Below are positions 49,875-59,995 of a stretch of DNA of 64,000 bases, in pieces. The DNA is from a virus (taxonomy: Duplodnaviria > Heunggongvirae > Uroviricota > Caudoviricetes): IMG/VR virus record IMGVR_UViG_3300025913_000018. One strand, given 5' to 3'. A model generated the notes under the pieces. It made no database searches and was not told the origin of the DNA. It worked only from the letters and a program-made list of their open reading frames with translations. Position 1 is the stretch's first letter, and every line of letters begins with the position of its first letter. The position numbers and the translations under genes are program-made.

Positions 49875-50597
49875 ATGACGAAAAAAGGCTTCAGCTACAT
49901 CGGGATGATTCTGGATCGTTCGGGGTCGATGGACTCCATTCGGAAGGATGTGATCGGAGGGGTGAGGACCTTCATCTCGGACCAGAAGAAGGTTCCGGGG
50001 AAGGCCGTCATGAGCCTCTATCAGTTCGACGACAAGTACCAGGTCGACTACGAGGCCGTGGACATCCAGAGCGTTCCGGAGTTCACGGAGGAGAGCTTCA
50101 TTCCCCGAGGGTCCACGGCACTCCTCGATGCCGTGGGTCGTACGACGGTGGGGATCGGCGCGGCGATCGCGAAGATGCCCGAGGAGGAGCGTCCGGATCA
50201 GGTCCTTCTCGTCATCTTCACGGATGGGGCGGAGAACCACAGCACCGAGTACACGATCGAGAGAATCCGAGAGATGCTCAAGATCCAGCAGGAAGTGTAC
50301 AAGTGGAAGGTTCTCTTCCTCGGAGCCAACATCGACGCCGTCTCGACCGGCGCGAAGTACGGCATGAAGGGCATGAACTTCTCCGGGGCGTCTGGAAGCC
50401 AGGGGATGCTCCGGTCGATGAAGGCGGCCTCCGCCTACGTCGGGTCCAGCCGTCTCGGAGACTCGAAGACAGCCAATGCGATCTACGCGTCGAACGACGC
50501 CAACGACTCGGTGGTGAGGTCGGCTACCGAAGCCTTCGACAACCAGCTCAAGAACGAGCCGGCCGAGAAGTCCGACGACTCTTCCAAGACCCCCTGA
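49875..50597 (+). CDS. von Willebrand factor A domain protein
   Basis: MIDAS ILDRSGSM, GSTALLDA, IFTDGAEN, FLGAN. Confidence 0.9.
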   Translation: MTKKGFSYIGMILDRSGSMDSIRKDVIGGVRTFISDQKKVPGKAVMSLYQFDDKYQVDYEAVDIQSVPEFTEESFIPRGSTALLDAVGRTTVGIGAAIAKMPEEERPDQVLLVIFTDGAENHSTEYTIERIREMLKIQQEVYKWKVLFLGANIDAVSTGAKYGMKGMNFSGASGSQGMLRSMKAASAYVGSSRLGDSKTANAIYASNDANDSVVRSATEAFDNQLKNEPAEKSDDSSKTP

Positions 50598-50607
50598 GGA
50601 GGGAACC

Positions 50608-51321
50608 GTGAACGCTTTCGGGGAAGAGGATGATCTCGACGGTCCCGCCGATCAATGCGGGAACGTCGAGGGTACGAATGTCGTCTGTTGTCTGAGGCCC
50701 GGCCACTCCGGGTCCCACATGCAGATAACGATTGGTACCGAAGAGATTGGAGTCGAGTCCGAGGTCTCTCGCCTCACCAACGAGTTGAAGACCGCCTACG
50801 TAGCGCTCGAAGCCTATCAATCGATGACCATGGAGCAGAGGGTCGCCGCGGTAAGCCGTCTCGTCGAGAAGAACCTCATCTCCGTGAACCAAGCTCTCGG
50901 GCTCTCCCAACTGATCCGAGAACGGAACGTCTTCCTTCAGAGGCTTCTCCTTTTGAAGGCAGAGGCGAGGGCGGTTGTAGAGACCAACTCGGACGAGCCC
51001 GACGTAGGGCGAATCCTTCAAGGTCGGATCCGCGTTCGTGAACTCCTTCGTCCCGGACCCGAGGACAAAGCCGAGAGGGAGAAGCCCGACGAGATCCCGG
51101 AGGTCCAACACATCCCACCTTCGGCCGCCGAGGCGGTCGCGAACGCCGAGAAAGCCGTAGCCCTGGCAGCCCTCGCCGAAGCCGACGCTCGCGATGAGTT
51201 GGCGAAAGCGAACGGGGCCGGGACTCAGATCGGAAGCGCCCTCTATCTCATCTCCAAGGCGAAGCTCGCTCGGATCCAAGCCGTCAACGCCTTGAGGGAG
51301 TTGCGAGACGGCTACCGTTGA
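50608..51321 (+). CDS. Coiled-coil protein with N-terminal C..CxxxxGHxGxH motif
   Basis: CGNVEGTNVVCCLRPGHSGSH then long helical segments. Confidence 0.6.
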   Translation: MNAFGEEDDLDGPADQCGNVEGTNVVCCLRPGHSGSHMQITIGTEEIGVESEVSRLTNELKTAYVALEAYQSMTMEQRVAAVSRLVEKNLISVNQALGLSQLIRERNVFLQRLLLLKAEARAVVETNSDEPDVGRILQGRIRVRELLRPGPEDKAEREKPDEIPEVQHIPPSAAEAVANAEKAVALAALAEADARDELAKANGAGTQIGSALYLISKAKLARIQAVNALRELRDGYR

Positions 51322-52458
51322 CCAAGACGGAAAAGTGAAGGGGGTTGAAGATTTTTCGTAACTAAGGTGGTCCTCGAACTCCTTTACTGTAGAGGTGTTC
51401 GTCATGAGAACCAAAGTCAGTCCCCAGGTCGCTCGATACCGTTTGGCGGAGCGCCGCGCTCGGCTCGTGAGCCTCACCAATCTCCAAGCTCCTGAGATCA
51501 TCATCGAGAACGAGAAGAAACTGATCGCGAACGCGATCTATGAGCTGGAGACCGGGTACACGAAGGAAGAACCGAAGGCGGCCTCCTCCGAGGGGTAACA
51601 CCTTCGTGACCGACCTCTCCAACATCCCCATCCAAGAACTCAAGAAGGAGATCTCCCGTCGGGAGGAAGAAAGGCTTGCGGCGAAAGCAGCGAGCCTTCG
51701 TCAACATCAGGAAATCATCCTGAAGAACGTCCAAGCCCTCTTGGATCTGCTTCCCGAACACGATCGAACTTCATGTTCGGATTCCGCCCCTTCGAACAAG
51801 AAGAGGTGTCGTCGCTGCTCTTTCCTCTTCATCAAGAACGAGGGGTGGGTTCCCGACGACCTGAGGGTCTCGATCTCGACCGAAAAGGACAGTCTGTGAA
51901 GGGGTGGTCCGACAAGGTCGTGGAGAAGCGGGAGCGCTCGGGAATCCTGAAGCCTCCTCTCCGGAAAGTTCGCGTCCCCAGCGAGCGAGAGGAGGCGGCC
52001 GAGGAGTTCGCCTTTCAAGAGAAGGCAGTCCTCGGCCAACTCGAACTTCTCCGCCTCGCCCGGGAGAAGCTCGCGAAGATCGACGGAGAGAAGCTCCGCG
52101 AGCCGGATGAGCTTCACCGACTCGTCGTGAGGATCGCCCAGGCCGTGAACCGAGCCCTCTTCCGAAGGGTCATGACTCACGTTCAGAGGACCGAGACCCG
52201 AGAGGGTTGGATCGAGTCCGTCGAGGTTCGAGACGCGCTCATGAGCGACGATCCTTTCGCCGTCTTCGACGACGGGGAGCTGGCCGCCTTCCTCGACAAG
52301 TGCTGGACGCAGCCGACGCTCGCCGAGCTTCGAGCGAGAGGAGTTCGAATGGAGGAGATGGACGAGGGGTGGGACCTCCATCGCCTCTCCGCTCTCGTCG
52401 AAGGAGACCCCAAGAACGAATCGGTCCGGGCTTATGCGACTTGCGAGGCTCCGGCCAA

Positions 52459-53280
52459 ATGAACCAGCTCTGGGCTATCCAAACGAAGCTCATCCAGGAG
52501 GACGCCACGGCGGCTTTCTGCGACGCCTTCCGGTACCTCGGTCTGAACTGGGCCGCGTTCCCCTACCCGCCGTTCGTAGGCCACGTCCCGGACTTCCAAT
52601 GGGACGGCCCGATCGTCTACTACGGGTCGACGGCGCTCGTGAAGAAGGTCAGCGAGACCCCGAAGCTCATGAGAGGCTCGGCTCTCTTCTTCGACCCCCT
52701 GAGGCATCGCCCCGATTGGTATGGGCCTCAGTATGGGGAGGCCTACCTCAATCGGGGTTCGCGCCTCACCACCATCCGAGAATTCATCGGGGAGGCCCAC
52801 AACCTCAAAGAGCGTTTCTTCGTCCGGCCGAACAGCGGATTGAAGATCTTCGCCGGGAAGGTCTTCGACTGGTTCGTCTTCCGGGACTTCCTCGAACAAA
52901 GCACGGGGAACTCTCTTCTCAGTCTCGACACGGAGATCGTCGTCAACGACCCGAAGACGATTCTCCGCGAGTTCCGAAATTGGATCGTGGACGGGGAGGT
53001 AGTCGCCTCGGTCCAGTACAAGGTCGGGAGCCGGATGTTGGCCAGTCCCGACGTCCCGGAGGCCGTACGAGACTTCGCGCGCTCTCAGTCGAGGATCTGT
53101 AGCCCCTCGGCCGTCTTCGTCCTAGACGTGGCGGAGACGCCCGACGGCTATGAGGTGGTCGAGGTGAACTGCTTCAACTCGTCGGGGGTCTACCTCACGG
53201 AGCAAGTCCTCGACATCGTGGCCGAGGTCTCCCTCTACCTGAAGAGAGCTTCTTGGCCGTACGTCCCGATCACCCCTTGA
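52459..53280 (+). CDS. ATP-grasp domain protein, R2K/DUF4343 type
   Basis: FFVRPNSGLKIFAG, EFRNWIVDGEVV, FVLDVA, VVEVNCFNSSG. Confidence 0.85.
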   Translation: MNQLWAIQTKLIQEDATAAFCDAFRYLGLNWAAFPYPPFVGHVPDFQWDGPIVYYGSTALVKKVSETPKLMRGSALFFDPLRHRPDWYGPQYGEAYLNRGSRLTTIREFIGEAHNLKERFFVRPNSGLKIFAGKVFDWFVFRDFLEQSTGNSLLSLDTEIVVNDPKTILREFRNWIVDGEVVASVQYKVGSRMLASPDVPEAVRDFARSQSRICSPSAVFVLDVAETPDGYEVVEVNCFNSSGVYLTEQVLDIVAEVSLYLKRASWPYVPITP

Positions 53281-53297
53281 ACGGCGTAACCTGTCGC

Positions 53298-53325
53298 GTG
53301 TAGGAAGCGGCGGGCCGCTCGTTAG
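53298..53325 (+). promoter_or_regulatory. Class I motif GTGTAG-N16-CGTTAG
   Basis: Before the phosphoesterase gene. Confidence 0.7.
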
Positions 53326-54114
53326 ATGGGTACGGTTGACATGTCCAGAACGATCTTCATCGGCGACGTCCACGGCTGCTTCGTGGAGTTTCAGGAACTT
53401 CTCGGGAAGCTGGGGGTCTCGAAGGGCTCCGATCGCGTCGTCCTCCTCGGCGATCTCATGGATCGAGGTCCCGACCCGATCTCGGTGATCCGCCTCGCGC
53501 GCGACTTCGGGTTCGAGTGCGTCATGGGCAACCACGACGAGAAGCACATCCGCTGGGCTCGCCACGAGGAGAAGAAGCGCCTCAACCCGAACTACAAGAA
53601 CCCGATGCGGACGCTCCCCGAGAAGGACCAGAAGGATTCCCTTCTCCTTCGCGAGGAGGGTCACCTCGAATGGCTGAAGGCCCTTCCCTCGACGATCGCC
53701 ATCGAGAAGTGGAACGCGGTCCACGCCGGGTTCGAGCCTCAGTTCTCGATGTTCCAGCAGCGGGAGGAGAAGCTCCTCCGGATCCGGTACGTCGACCCGA
53801 ACGGGAAGATGGTTCCGATCAGCAGCGACACCGACCAGCCCCCTGGGACGGTTCGGTGGGCGACGGCCTGGAAGGAGCCTCTCCACGCGGTCTACGGCCA
53901 CCACGCTCGGGACTACGAGACGCCGATGATCGACGTCTACGAGGACGAGAGCGGGGCGCGGTGGATGCGCTACGGAATCGACACGGCCTGCTGCTTCGGG
54001 GGCTACCTCACGGCGATGGTCGTGAAGGATCTCTCGAAGGCGGAAGAGGTCGAATTCGTCTCGGTGAAGTCGCGCGGAAAGTACGCGGAGCTGTGGAAGA
54101 AGGGTGAGGACTGA
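53326..54114 (+). CDS. Calcineurin-like metallophosphoesterase (ApaH/PrpE-like); true start may be 53341
   Basis: GDVHG, GDLMDRG, GNHD, VHAG, YGH, GIDTAC motifs. Confidence 0.92.
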   Translation: MGTVDMSRTIFIGDVHGCFVEFQELLGKLGVSKGSDRVVLLGDLMDRGPDPISVIRLARDFGFECVMGNHDEKHIRWARHEEKKRLNPNYKNPMRTLPEKDQKDSLLLREEGHLEWLKALPSTIAIEKWNAVHAGFEPQFSMFQQREEKLLRIRYVDPNGKMVPISSDTDQPPGTVRWATAWKEPLHAVYGHHARDYETPMIDVYEDESGARWMRYGIDTACCFGGYLTAMVVKDLSKAEEVEFVSVKSRGKYAELWKKGED

Positions 54115-54121
54115 GGGTCGA

Positions 54122-54149
54122 GTGTAGAAGCTCGGCTCTCGTTCGTTAC
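54122..54149 (+). promoter_or_regulatory. Class I motif GTGTAG-N16-CGTTAC
   Basis: Before ATG 54156. Confidence 0.75.
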
Positions 54150-54455
54150 TCTGACATGGAACGCCACTTCGTACAGGACGCCCACGGTCAGCCGGATCTC
54201 TTCGAAGGGGAGGTCGAGATCGGCCGTCGAGAGACTCTTCCGAAGGGGGAGGCGCGATACGCCCGACTCTCTCGGATCGTAACGAACCGAGCCTTCGCGA
54301 CGTTCCGGGTCGGAAACGGAAGTCTCCTCGTCGACATGCAGACGGCGAACCTTCTCGTCTCGCTCTCCGACAAGCTGAATGAGAAGAACCGAGAGAAGTT
54401 CCTCTCGATGGATCTTCGGCAGATGGTGTCGGTGGCCTGGAAGCTCGCCCTCGGA

Positions 54456-54483
54456 GTGTAGAGGGACGACCCTCGGTCGTTAC
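54456..54483 (+). promoter_or_regulatory. Class I motif GTGTAG-N16-CGTTAC
   Basis: Upstream hexamer is a Val-stop; GGAG and ATG 54501 follow. Confidence 0.75.
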
Positions 54484-54500
54484 TTGGAGAGGAGAAGAAC

Positions 54501-54728
54501 ATGAACACCACGAACGAAACCGCCGTCCAGTTCCCGACCGACAAACCGAAGCTTCAGCTCTCGGGAGAGGACGGGAACGTCTTCATGATCATGGGTCTCG
54601 CCGCCCGCGCCGCCCGCAAGGCGAAATGGACCGCAGAGCAGGTCCAGGCGCTCCAGGATCACCTTCGTTCGAGCGAGGACTACGACGAGGTCCTCCAGCG
54701 ATGCATGACCCTCTTCGACGTGACCTGA
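54501..54728 (+). CDS. Small conserved-type phage protein
   Basis: LSGEDGNVFMIMGLAARAARKA...DYDEVLQ. Confidence 0.6.
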   Translation: MNTTNETAVQFPTDKPKLQLSGEDGNVFMIMGLAARAARKAKWTAEQVQALQDHLRSSEDYDEVLQRCMTLFDVT

Positions 54729-54730
54729 CC

Positions 54731-54931
54731 ATGGCGAAGCTCACGCGCCGGGTCGGTACACGTCTCACTTCTTCCGAGAACGCGGGTCTCCAACGAGTCG
54801 CGCGTTCCATGAAGATCCCCGTGGCGGAAGCGATCCGACACGCCATCAACCTCTACGTGTCTCAGGACACGGACGAGGAGAACGATCGAAAGCGCGAAGC
54901 GCGCCGAGTACGAAAGATCGGGCTTCGATGA
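54731..54931 (+). CDS. Ribbon-helix-helix-like protein
   Basis: RVGTRLT...LQRVARSMKIPVAEAIRHAINLY. Confidence 0.6.
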   Translation: MAKLTRRVGTRLTSSENAGLQRVARSMKIPVAEAIRHAINLYVSQDTDEENDRKREARRVRKIGLR

Positions 54932-55827
54932 GCTCAGAGACAGACCCGCGAACCGACGAGGAGATCGCCTACGCGGCTCTCGAAGCCTGGAGAACCCACG
55001 CCCGCCATATCCTATTCGAGGCGAAGAGCGCTTCGAATCCGGACGTACGCGACGTCCTGGAAGGCGCCGCTGAGCAAGTGCTCAAACAAACCCGCGCTGT
55101 TCATCGCCTTCTTCAGAAGGCAGGCGTCAGGGGCCTAGGCCCGATCGACTACTAGAGAGGGAAGTCATGAGCCGTCAAGAGAAGAAGGATCCGTTCGAGT
55201 CTCTGGACGCTCTCGTCGAAGGCATCCAGACTGCCCACGAGATGCGTCAGCTCCTCGAAGAGATCTACAACTGGCTCGGCCCGTACGGTCGACCCGAGAT
55301 CCCGCTCCTCCCGGAGAAGTACCGTCACATGAAGGAAACCCAGAAGCTCATGGAGGCCGTGACCTTGCCGGTCCCGCTCCAGATCAAGCTCCAGAGGTTC
55401 TTCGGCCACGACGACAACGAGTAGACGATGGGACAGAAGAGAGCTACCCGTCCTTGCGGAAGTCGTCAGTGCTCGGTCTCGACCGGGTACGACGACATGA
55501 CCCTCACCTTCGGACGAGGGGACCTCGACGACTACGGCTATTGGGAGAAGCCCTGCCTCACGTGCGCGATGGCCCACCAGAAGGAGTACCCCAACTCCCG
55601 CGTGTGGCCCTTCGAGGGATCTCCGCCTCCGATCGCGAAGCCGGAGATCCATGGGGGCCAGAGGTGGGTTCGAAAAGAAGGGGTGAACTCGGACTACGTC
55701 CTGATCCTCTACTGGAACCTGTACGACGGGACCTGGCAGGTGGAGACCAGCGAAGTGATCGGAGCCCGAACCTCGGTCGCCGAGGCCTTCATCCGAGAGA
55801 ACTACACGCTCCAGGAGTAAGGGTTCC

Positions 55828-56079
55828 ATGACCGGAACCGAAGTCAAGAGAGGCGTCTACCGCCACTTCAAGGGGAAGCTCTACTTCGTTCACGAGGTCG
55901 TCCTCAACGTGGAGAACGACGAGCCGGCCCCGACCGTCTTGTACGAAGCTCTCTACGGGAAACCCGGTCGACTCTTCGTCCGCTCGCTCGCGAATTTCAC
56001 GGAGATCGTCGAGAAGCCCGAGTTCAACTACCTTCGGGGCCCACGCTTCTACCGAGCCTACCCTGAGAACGACGAGTGA
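55828..56079 (+). CDS. DUF1653-family protein
   Basis: GVYRHFKGKLY...VLYEALYG...FVRSLANF...PRF. Confidence 0.85.
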   Translation: MTGTEVKRGVYRHFKGKLYFVHEVVLNVENDEPAPTVLYEALYGKPGRLFVRSLANFTEIVEKPEFNYLRGPRFYRAYPENDE

Positions 56080-56887
56080 GATGGCTCCGTTCTCTCCACG
56101 CTTCAAGTCGAAGTATGTCCCCGGTCTCGTCATGTGGGAGAACGGGGCGGTGGTTCTCGTCGAGCTGGACGAACACGGCAACATCAAGAGGGTCGGGAAG
56201 ATCGAGGCCTCGAAGCGTGTAGTGGTCAAGGAGTCGATCGGGCGCATCTCGGTCGACGACAAGGACCTCGCGCAGAAGATCTTCCGGACGATCGAGACCC
56301 ATCTCTCGAACCGGAGGCCTCAGTGAGCCCGTATCGGAAGAACGCTCGCGGAGCCCCGAGGAAGTACACCCTGAGAGATCGCTTCCGACGGGTCCGAACC
56401 CTCGCTGAAGAAGCCTACACGAGGTACCGCGAGCGCGAATGCGTGACGAAAGGTCACTCGTGGTACGTGTCGAAGCGATGGGTCTTTGGGTTCGAGATGT
56501 ACGTCACCGGAGTGGATCACTTCGGCTACGACGCGGAGTGTGGGAAGTGCGGAAGGAAGATCCGCATGTTCGACCTCATGGAGGCCGAGATCCGCAACCT
56601 GGTTCGAGGAGCCCCGGACCCGAAACTCTCGAATCCTCGGGCTCTTGAAGAATGGTTGAAGATCCCGGCGAAGGTTCGGTCTGAGACGATCCGAAAGGGA
56701 GTCCTCGCCTCCGGCGGGTACCTTCACGGACCTCGCGACAGCTGGACCTATCTTCGAAACCCGAAGGGATTTAAGGGATTCCCTCAGGTCGCCGAGTACT
56801 GGATCTACGGAGAGGTTGTCCACAACGTTCGAGGGATGGTGATCTACTCGAATCTGAACATCGTCTCCTCCCCGGACAAGAGGCTGG

Positions 56888-57469
56888 ATGGTTGAGAACC
56901 CCTACTCGTGTCTGAGGGACGCCTTGGAGTCGAAGGGGCGCTCTCTGAACGATCGGATCATCCTGATCGGAAGTCGCGCCTCGGGTTGCGCTCGTCCGGA
57001 CAGCGACTGGGACTTCCTCTGCGTCACGACCGACGTCCAGAAGATCCTCCACGACTCAACGAAGAGTCCCGTACAGGTGATCCTCGTCCACCCCTACTAC
57101 ATCCACGAGACCGAGCTAGGGGTTCATGCCGCTTCTCATGGGATCGGAATCACTACGTCCGTTCCTCGGAAGGAGACCCTCGACATCCCTCTCGCGACGA
57201 AAGCCCTACGACGTCGGACTCTCTCCGCAGTGAGAAGGCTCCTGGCGCCTCGAACCCTATCCGTCGGGTTCATTCGGAACGAGAGGGCCAGGCTCCTCCT
57301 CGACTGTATCCGCCTTCGAAGCGCGTGGGGTCGAACGATCCCTCCGAACGCGAGAGTGATCGAGACGGCGGAGGGCATGAGCGAGATAGAAGAAGCCCAT
57401 CTCTACGTAGAGTGTCTCGGCCTCAGCCTGAAGGTCGCCGAAGGTCTATCCAATTCTCGTCGGACTTAG
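56888..57469 (+). CDS. Minimal nucleotidyltransferase (MNT-like) with helical C-terminus
   Basis: IILIGSRASGCARPDSDWDFLCV. Confidence 0.8.
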   Translation: MVENPYSCLRDALESKGRSLNDRIILIGSRASGCARPDSDWDFLCVTTDVQKILHDSTKSPVQVILVHPYYIHETELGVHAASHGIGITTSVPRKETLDIPLATKALRRRTLSAVRRLLAPRTLSVGFIRNERARLLLDCIRLRSAWGRTIPPNARVIETAEGMSEIEEAHLYVECLGLSLKVAEGLSNSRRT

Positions 57470-57478
57470 GAGTCGCTC

Positions 57479-57649
57479 GTGTCCCGAAAAAAGATCAGCA
57501 CCACGGTCTACCTCCACCAAGATCAGTACGACGCCCTGAAGCTCCTCTCCGAGAAGACTCGGGTCCCGGTAGCGATTTACGTTCGCGAGGGAATGGACTT
57601 GGTGATCGAGAGACACCGCAAGAAAATCCTCCCCGAGCCCCTCGCTTGA
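57479..57649 (+). CDS. 56-aa ribbon-helix-helix protein (not in track)
   Basis: Manual translation MSRKKISTTVYLHQDQYDALKLLSEKTRVPVAIYVREGMDLVIERH; AGGAG upstream. Confidence 0.8.
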   Translation: MSRKKISTTVYLHQDQYDALKLLSEKTRVPVAIYVREGMDLVIERHRKKILPEPLA

Positions 57650-58244
57650 CCGTCCAAGATCCCCAGGGATTTTTGGGCTAGTATCAAGAACGAAAGAGCG
57701 TAAAGGGAGGGTGAAGGATCCGACTATTCGCCGGCCTAGGGTAGGGACAAAGCAAATGCACGAGCCGAGAGAAGCGCCCGTGGAAATCACCCAAGTCCGG
57801 AAAATTCTAGGCCCTCGGGTCTGGGAGAGTCGGACCCTGGGACGTATCGACCTTCCCCCGCCGGGGGACGGCCCCGAGCCCCACCTCATGAACTACCTTC
57901 GGGAAGCGTTCGCCGAGGAGGCCCGGATCGAGAAGCTCCTCCGCGCCCGAACGAAGTAGGGCATGAGCGCCGAGTTCTTGGAAGAGGTCCGGTCTCTTCG
58001 AGACGAGATCGAATCCACTGAGAAGGAACTGTCCAAGAAGAAGATCCGCCTCGCCCAATTGACGGGCGAGGGGATGTGGATGGACGGGGTCCGAGACCCG
58101 AAGTTCCCCTGCCCAGACTTCAAGAGGGGGAAACCGGCGGGCGAATGCGAGTCGGACGGTCACTACATCTGTAGCTCGTGCGTGAACCGGATCGTCTGCC
58201 GCGGATGTGGGAAGCATCCGGAAGATTGTAAGTGCGAGCCTGGA

Positions 58245-58272
58245 GTGTAAAGGGAGGCGCCCCGTTCGTTAC
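58245..58272 (+). promoter_or_regulatory. Class I motif GTGTAA-N16-CGTTAC
   Basis: Upstream hexamer is the Val-stop of 57963..58250. Confidence 0.75.
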
Positions 58273-58310
58273 TTGAATGCGAGACCTTCGCGTCAAGAAA
58301 GGCGTCCCCC

Positions 58311-59048
58311 ATGTTCGACTTCCGCCGCCCCTACAAGCGCACCGAGACCGTGAACTCGTCCCTCGACACCGAGTTCGAGGAGGAGCACGAGTCCTTCGGG
58401 ATGGTCTCGATCGGACGAATCCAGGGAGGTCGCCACCTCTTCGGTTCGAGCATCGAGCAACACGGGACGTTCTTCCGGCTCTCGATCACCCAGGCCTCCG
58501 TGAAGCACAGCCTCAGCCGGGACTGGTACCACGGGAACCTGAAGACGCTGATCGAGATCGATCTCTCGCCGGCCCAGTTCGCAGAGATGATCACGAGCCT
58601 CAACATGGGCGGAGGAGTCCCCTGCACGATCAACTCCATCCTTCACGAGAGGATGGAGGACCCGCCTCCCGGTGAGCGTACCGAGGCGGAGAAGATCCAG
58701 AAGACCTTCCGTCTGAAGATGAAGACCCTCGTGGGGTTCCTGAAGGAGAAGGTCGAGACGACGCGGACGCTCCTCGACAAGAAGACGCTCTCGAAGGACG
58801 ACAAGAAGGAGATCATCTGGGCCGTGGAGAAGGCTCTCCAGGAGATCCAGTCGAACGCCCCCTTCGTTCTGGAGTCGTTCCAGGAGGCTTCGGAGAAGGT
58901 CTCGGCGACCGTGAAGGCGGAGATTGAAGCCTTCATGGCCCTCTCCCTCCACAAGCTCGGCGTCGAGTCGCTCCAGAACCGTCTCGGGAGCGGACCCTCC
59001 GTTCCGGCCCTTCCGGGGATCGTCGCTCCGGACGAGGAAGAGGGATGA
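58311..59048 (+). CDS. Conserved-type phage protein of unknown function
   Basis: HESFGMVSIGR...LFGS...DWYH...IEIDLSPAQFAEMITSLNMGGGVPCTI plus helical C-terminus. Confidence 0.7.
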   Translation: MFDFRRPYKRTETVNSSLDTEFEEEHESFGMVSIGRIQGGRHLFGSSIEQHGTFFRLSITQASVKHSLSRDWYHGNLKTLIEIDLSPAQFAEMITSLNMGGGVPCTINSILHERMEDPPPGERTEAEKIQKTFRLKMKTLVGFLKEKVETTRTLLDKKTLSKDDKKEIIWAVEKALQEIQSNAPFVLESFQEASEKVSATVKAEIEAFMALSLHKLGVESLQNRLGSGPSVPALPGIVAPDEEEG

Positions 59049-59965
59049 GCCTCTACAAGATCCCCGAGCCCGATTCGGAAACCCTGGAAGCAGCGTTTCG
59101 CGCTTATCGGCTCGCGGTCGAGTACGAACGTCGGGTCATCCTGAAGTGGGAGCCACGAGACGTCGAACTTCGGAAGCTGGGCGAGTTCAACCGCACTCGC
59201 ATCGCGTGGGAGAATGAGATCTACCTCGCTGAGGAGGTTCGGAAATTCGCCTCTGACATCCTTCTCCGAACGGCTAGTTGTTACGGTCGGCTCTACGGGA
59301 TGGACCAGGTTCTCTACGACGCCCTCTCGAAGCGGAAGGACCGAAACCTCATTCGCGTTCTCAGAGCCGTCGAGAAGGCCTTCGTCCTGTTTCGCGAGCG
59401 AATGAAGAAGTCATGAACGACATCCTCGCGCTTCTCGGGGCTGCGGAGCCTGAGCCCCCGAAGGAGCCCTCCCCGGCTCCATCCGAGCCCGCTACGCCCC
59501 CCGAGGAGGCCACCCCTCTCTTCGTAGGTCCCTCGCTCCCCGAGGAGTCCTACGTGTGCCCGAAGTGCGGGAAGACCTACAAGGCGATCTTCCTCTCGGC
59601 TCCGGTGAACTACAACTGCACCCAGTGCTTCTACGGGTCTTCCCGAAGGTAGGAGAGAAGCGATGAAGGATCTCATCCAAGAAGTGAAGGACCTCGTTCG
59701 GAGGACGAACCTCGACCCGGATCTCATTCTTCGCCGCACCCGGGAGAATCTCCGGCCGGAGAGTCCGGCGGGAGGGGCCTCCATGAAGTACGATCCTGTC
59801 GTTCGGATCTTCCTCAAGATTCCCCAGAGTCGGGACCCGCAGAACTTCGTTCTGAAGATCCTGAAATCGCGTGGGTATTCCGAAGAGGCTCTGGCGCTCG
59901 ATCGGTGGGCGGACGACGGAGGCCGAGTCTCGGAGAATCCGATCCCCACGTTCGCTTTCCGAACA

Positions 59966-59993
59966 GTGTAACGGGAGCTTCCTCGTTCGTTAG
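59966..59993 (+). promoter_or_regulatory. Class I motif GTGTAA-N16-CGTTAG
   Basis: Upstream hexamer is the Val-stop of 59663..59971. Confidence 0.7.
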
Positions 59994-59995
59994 GC

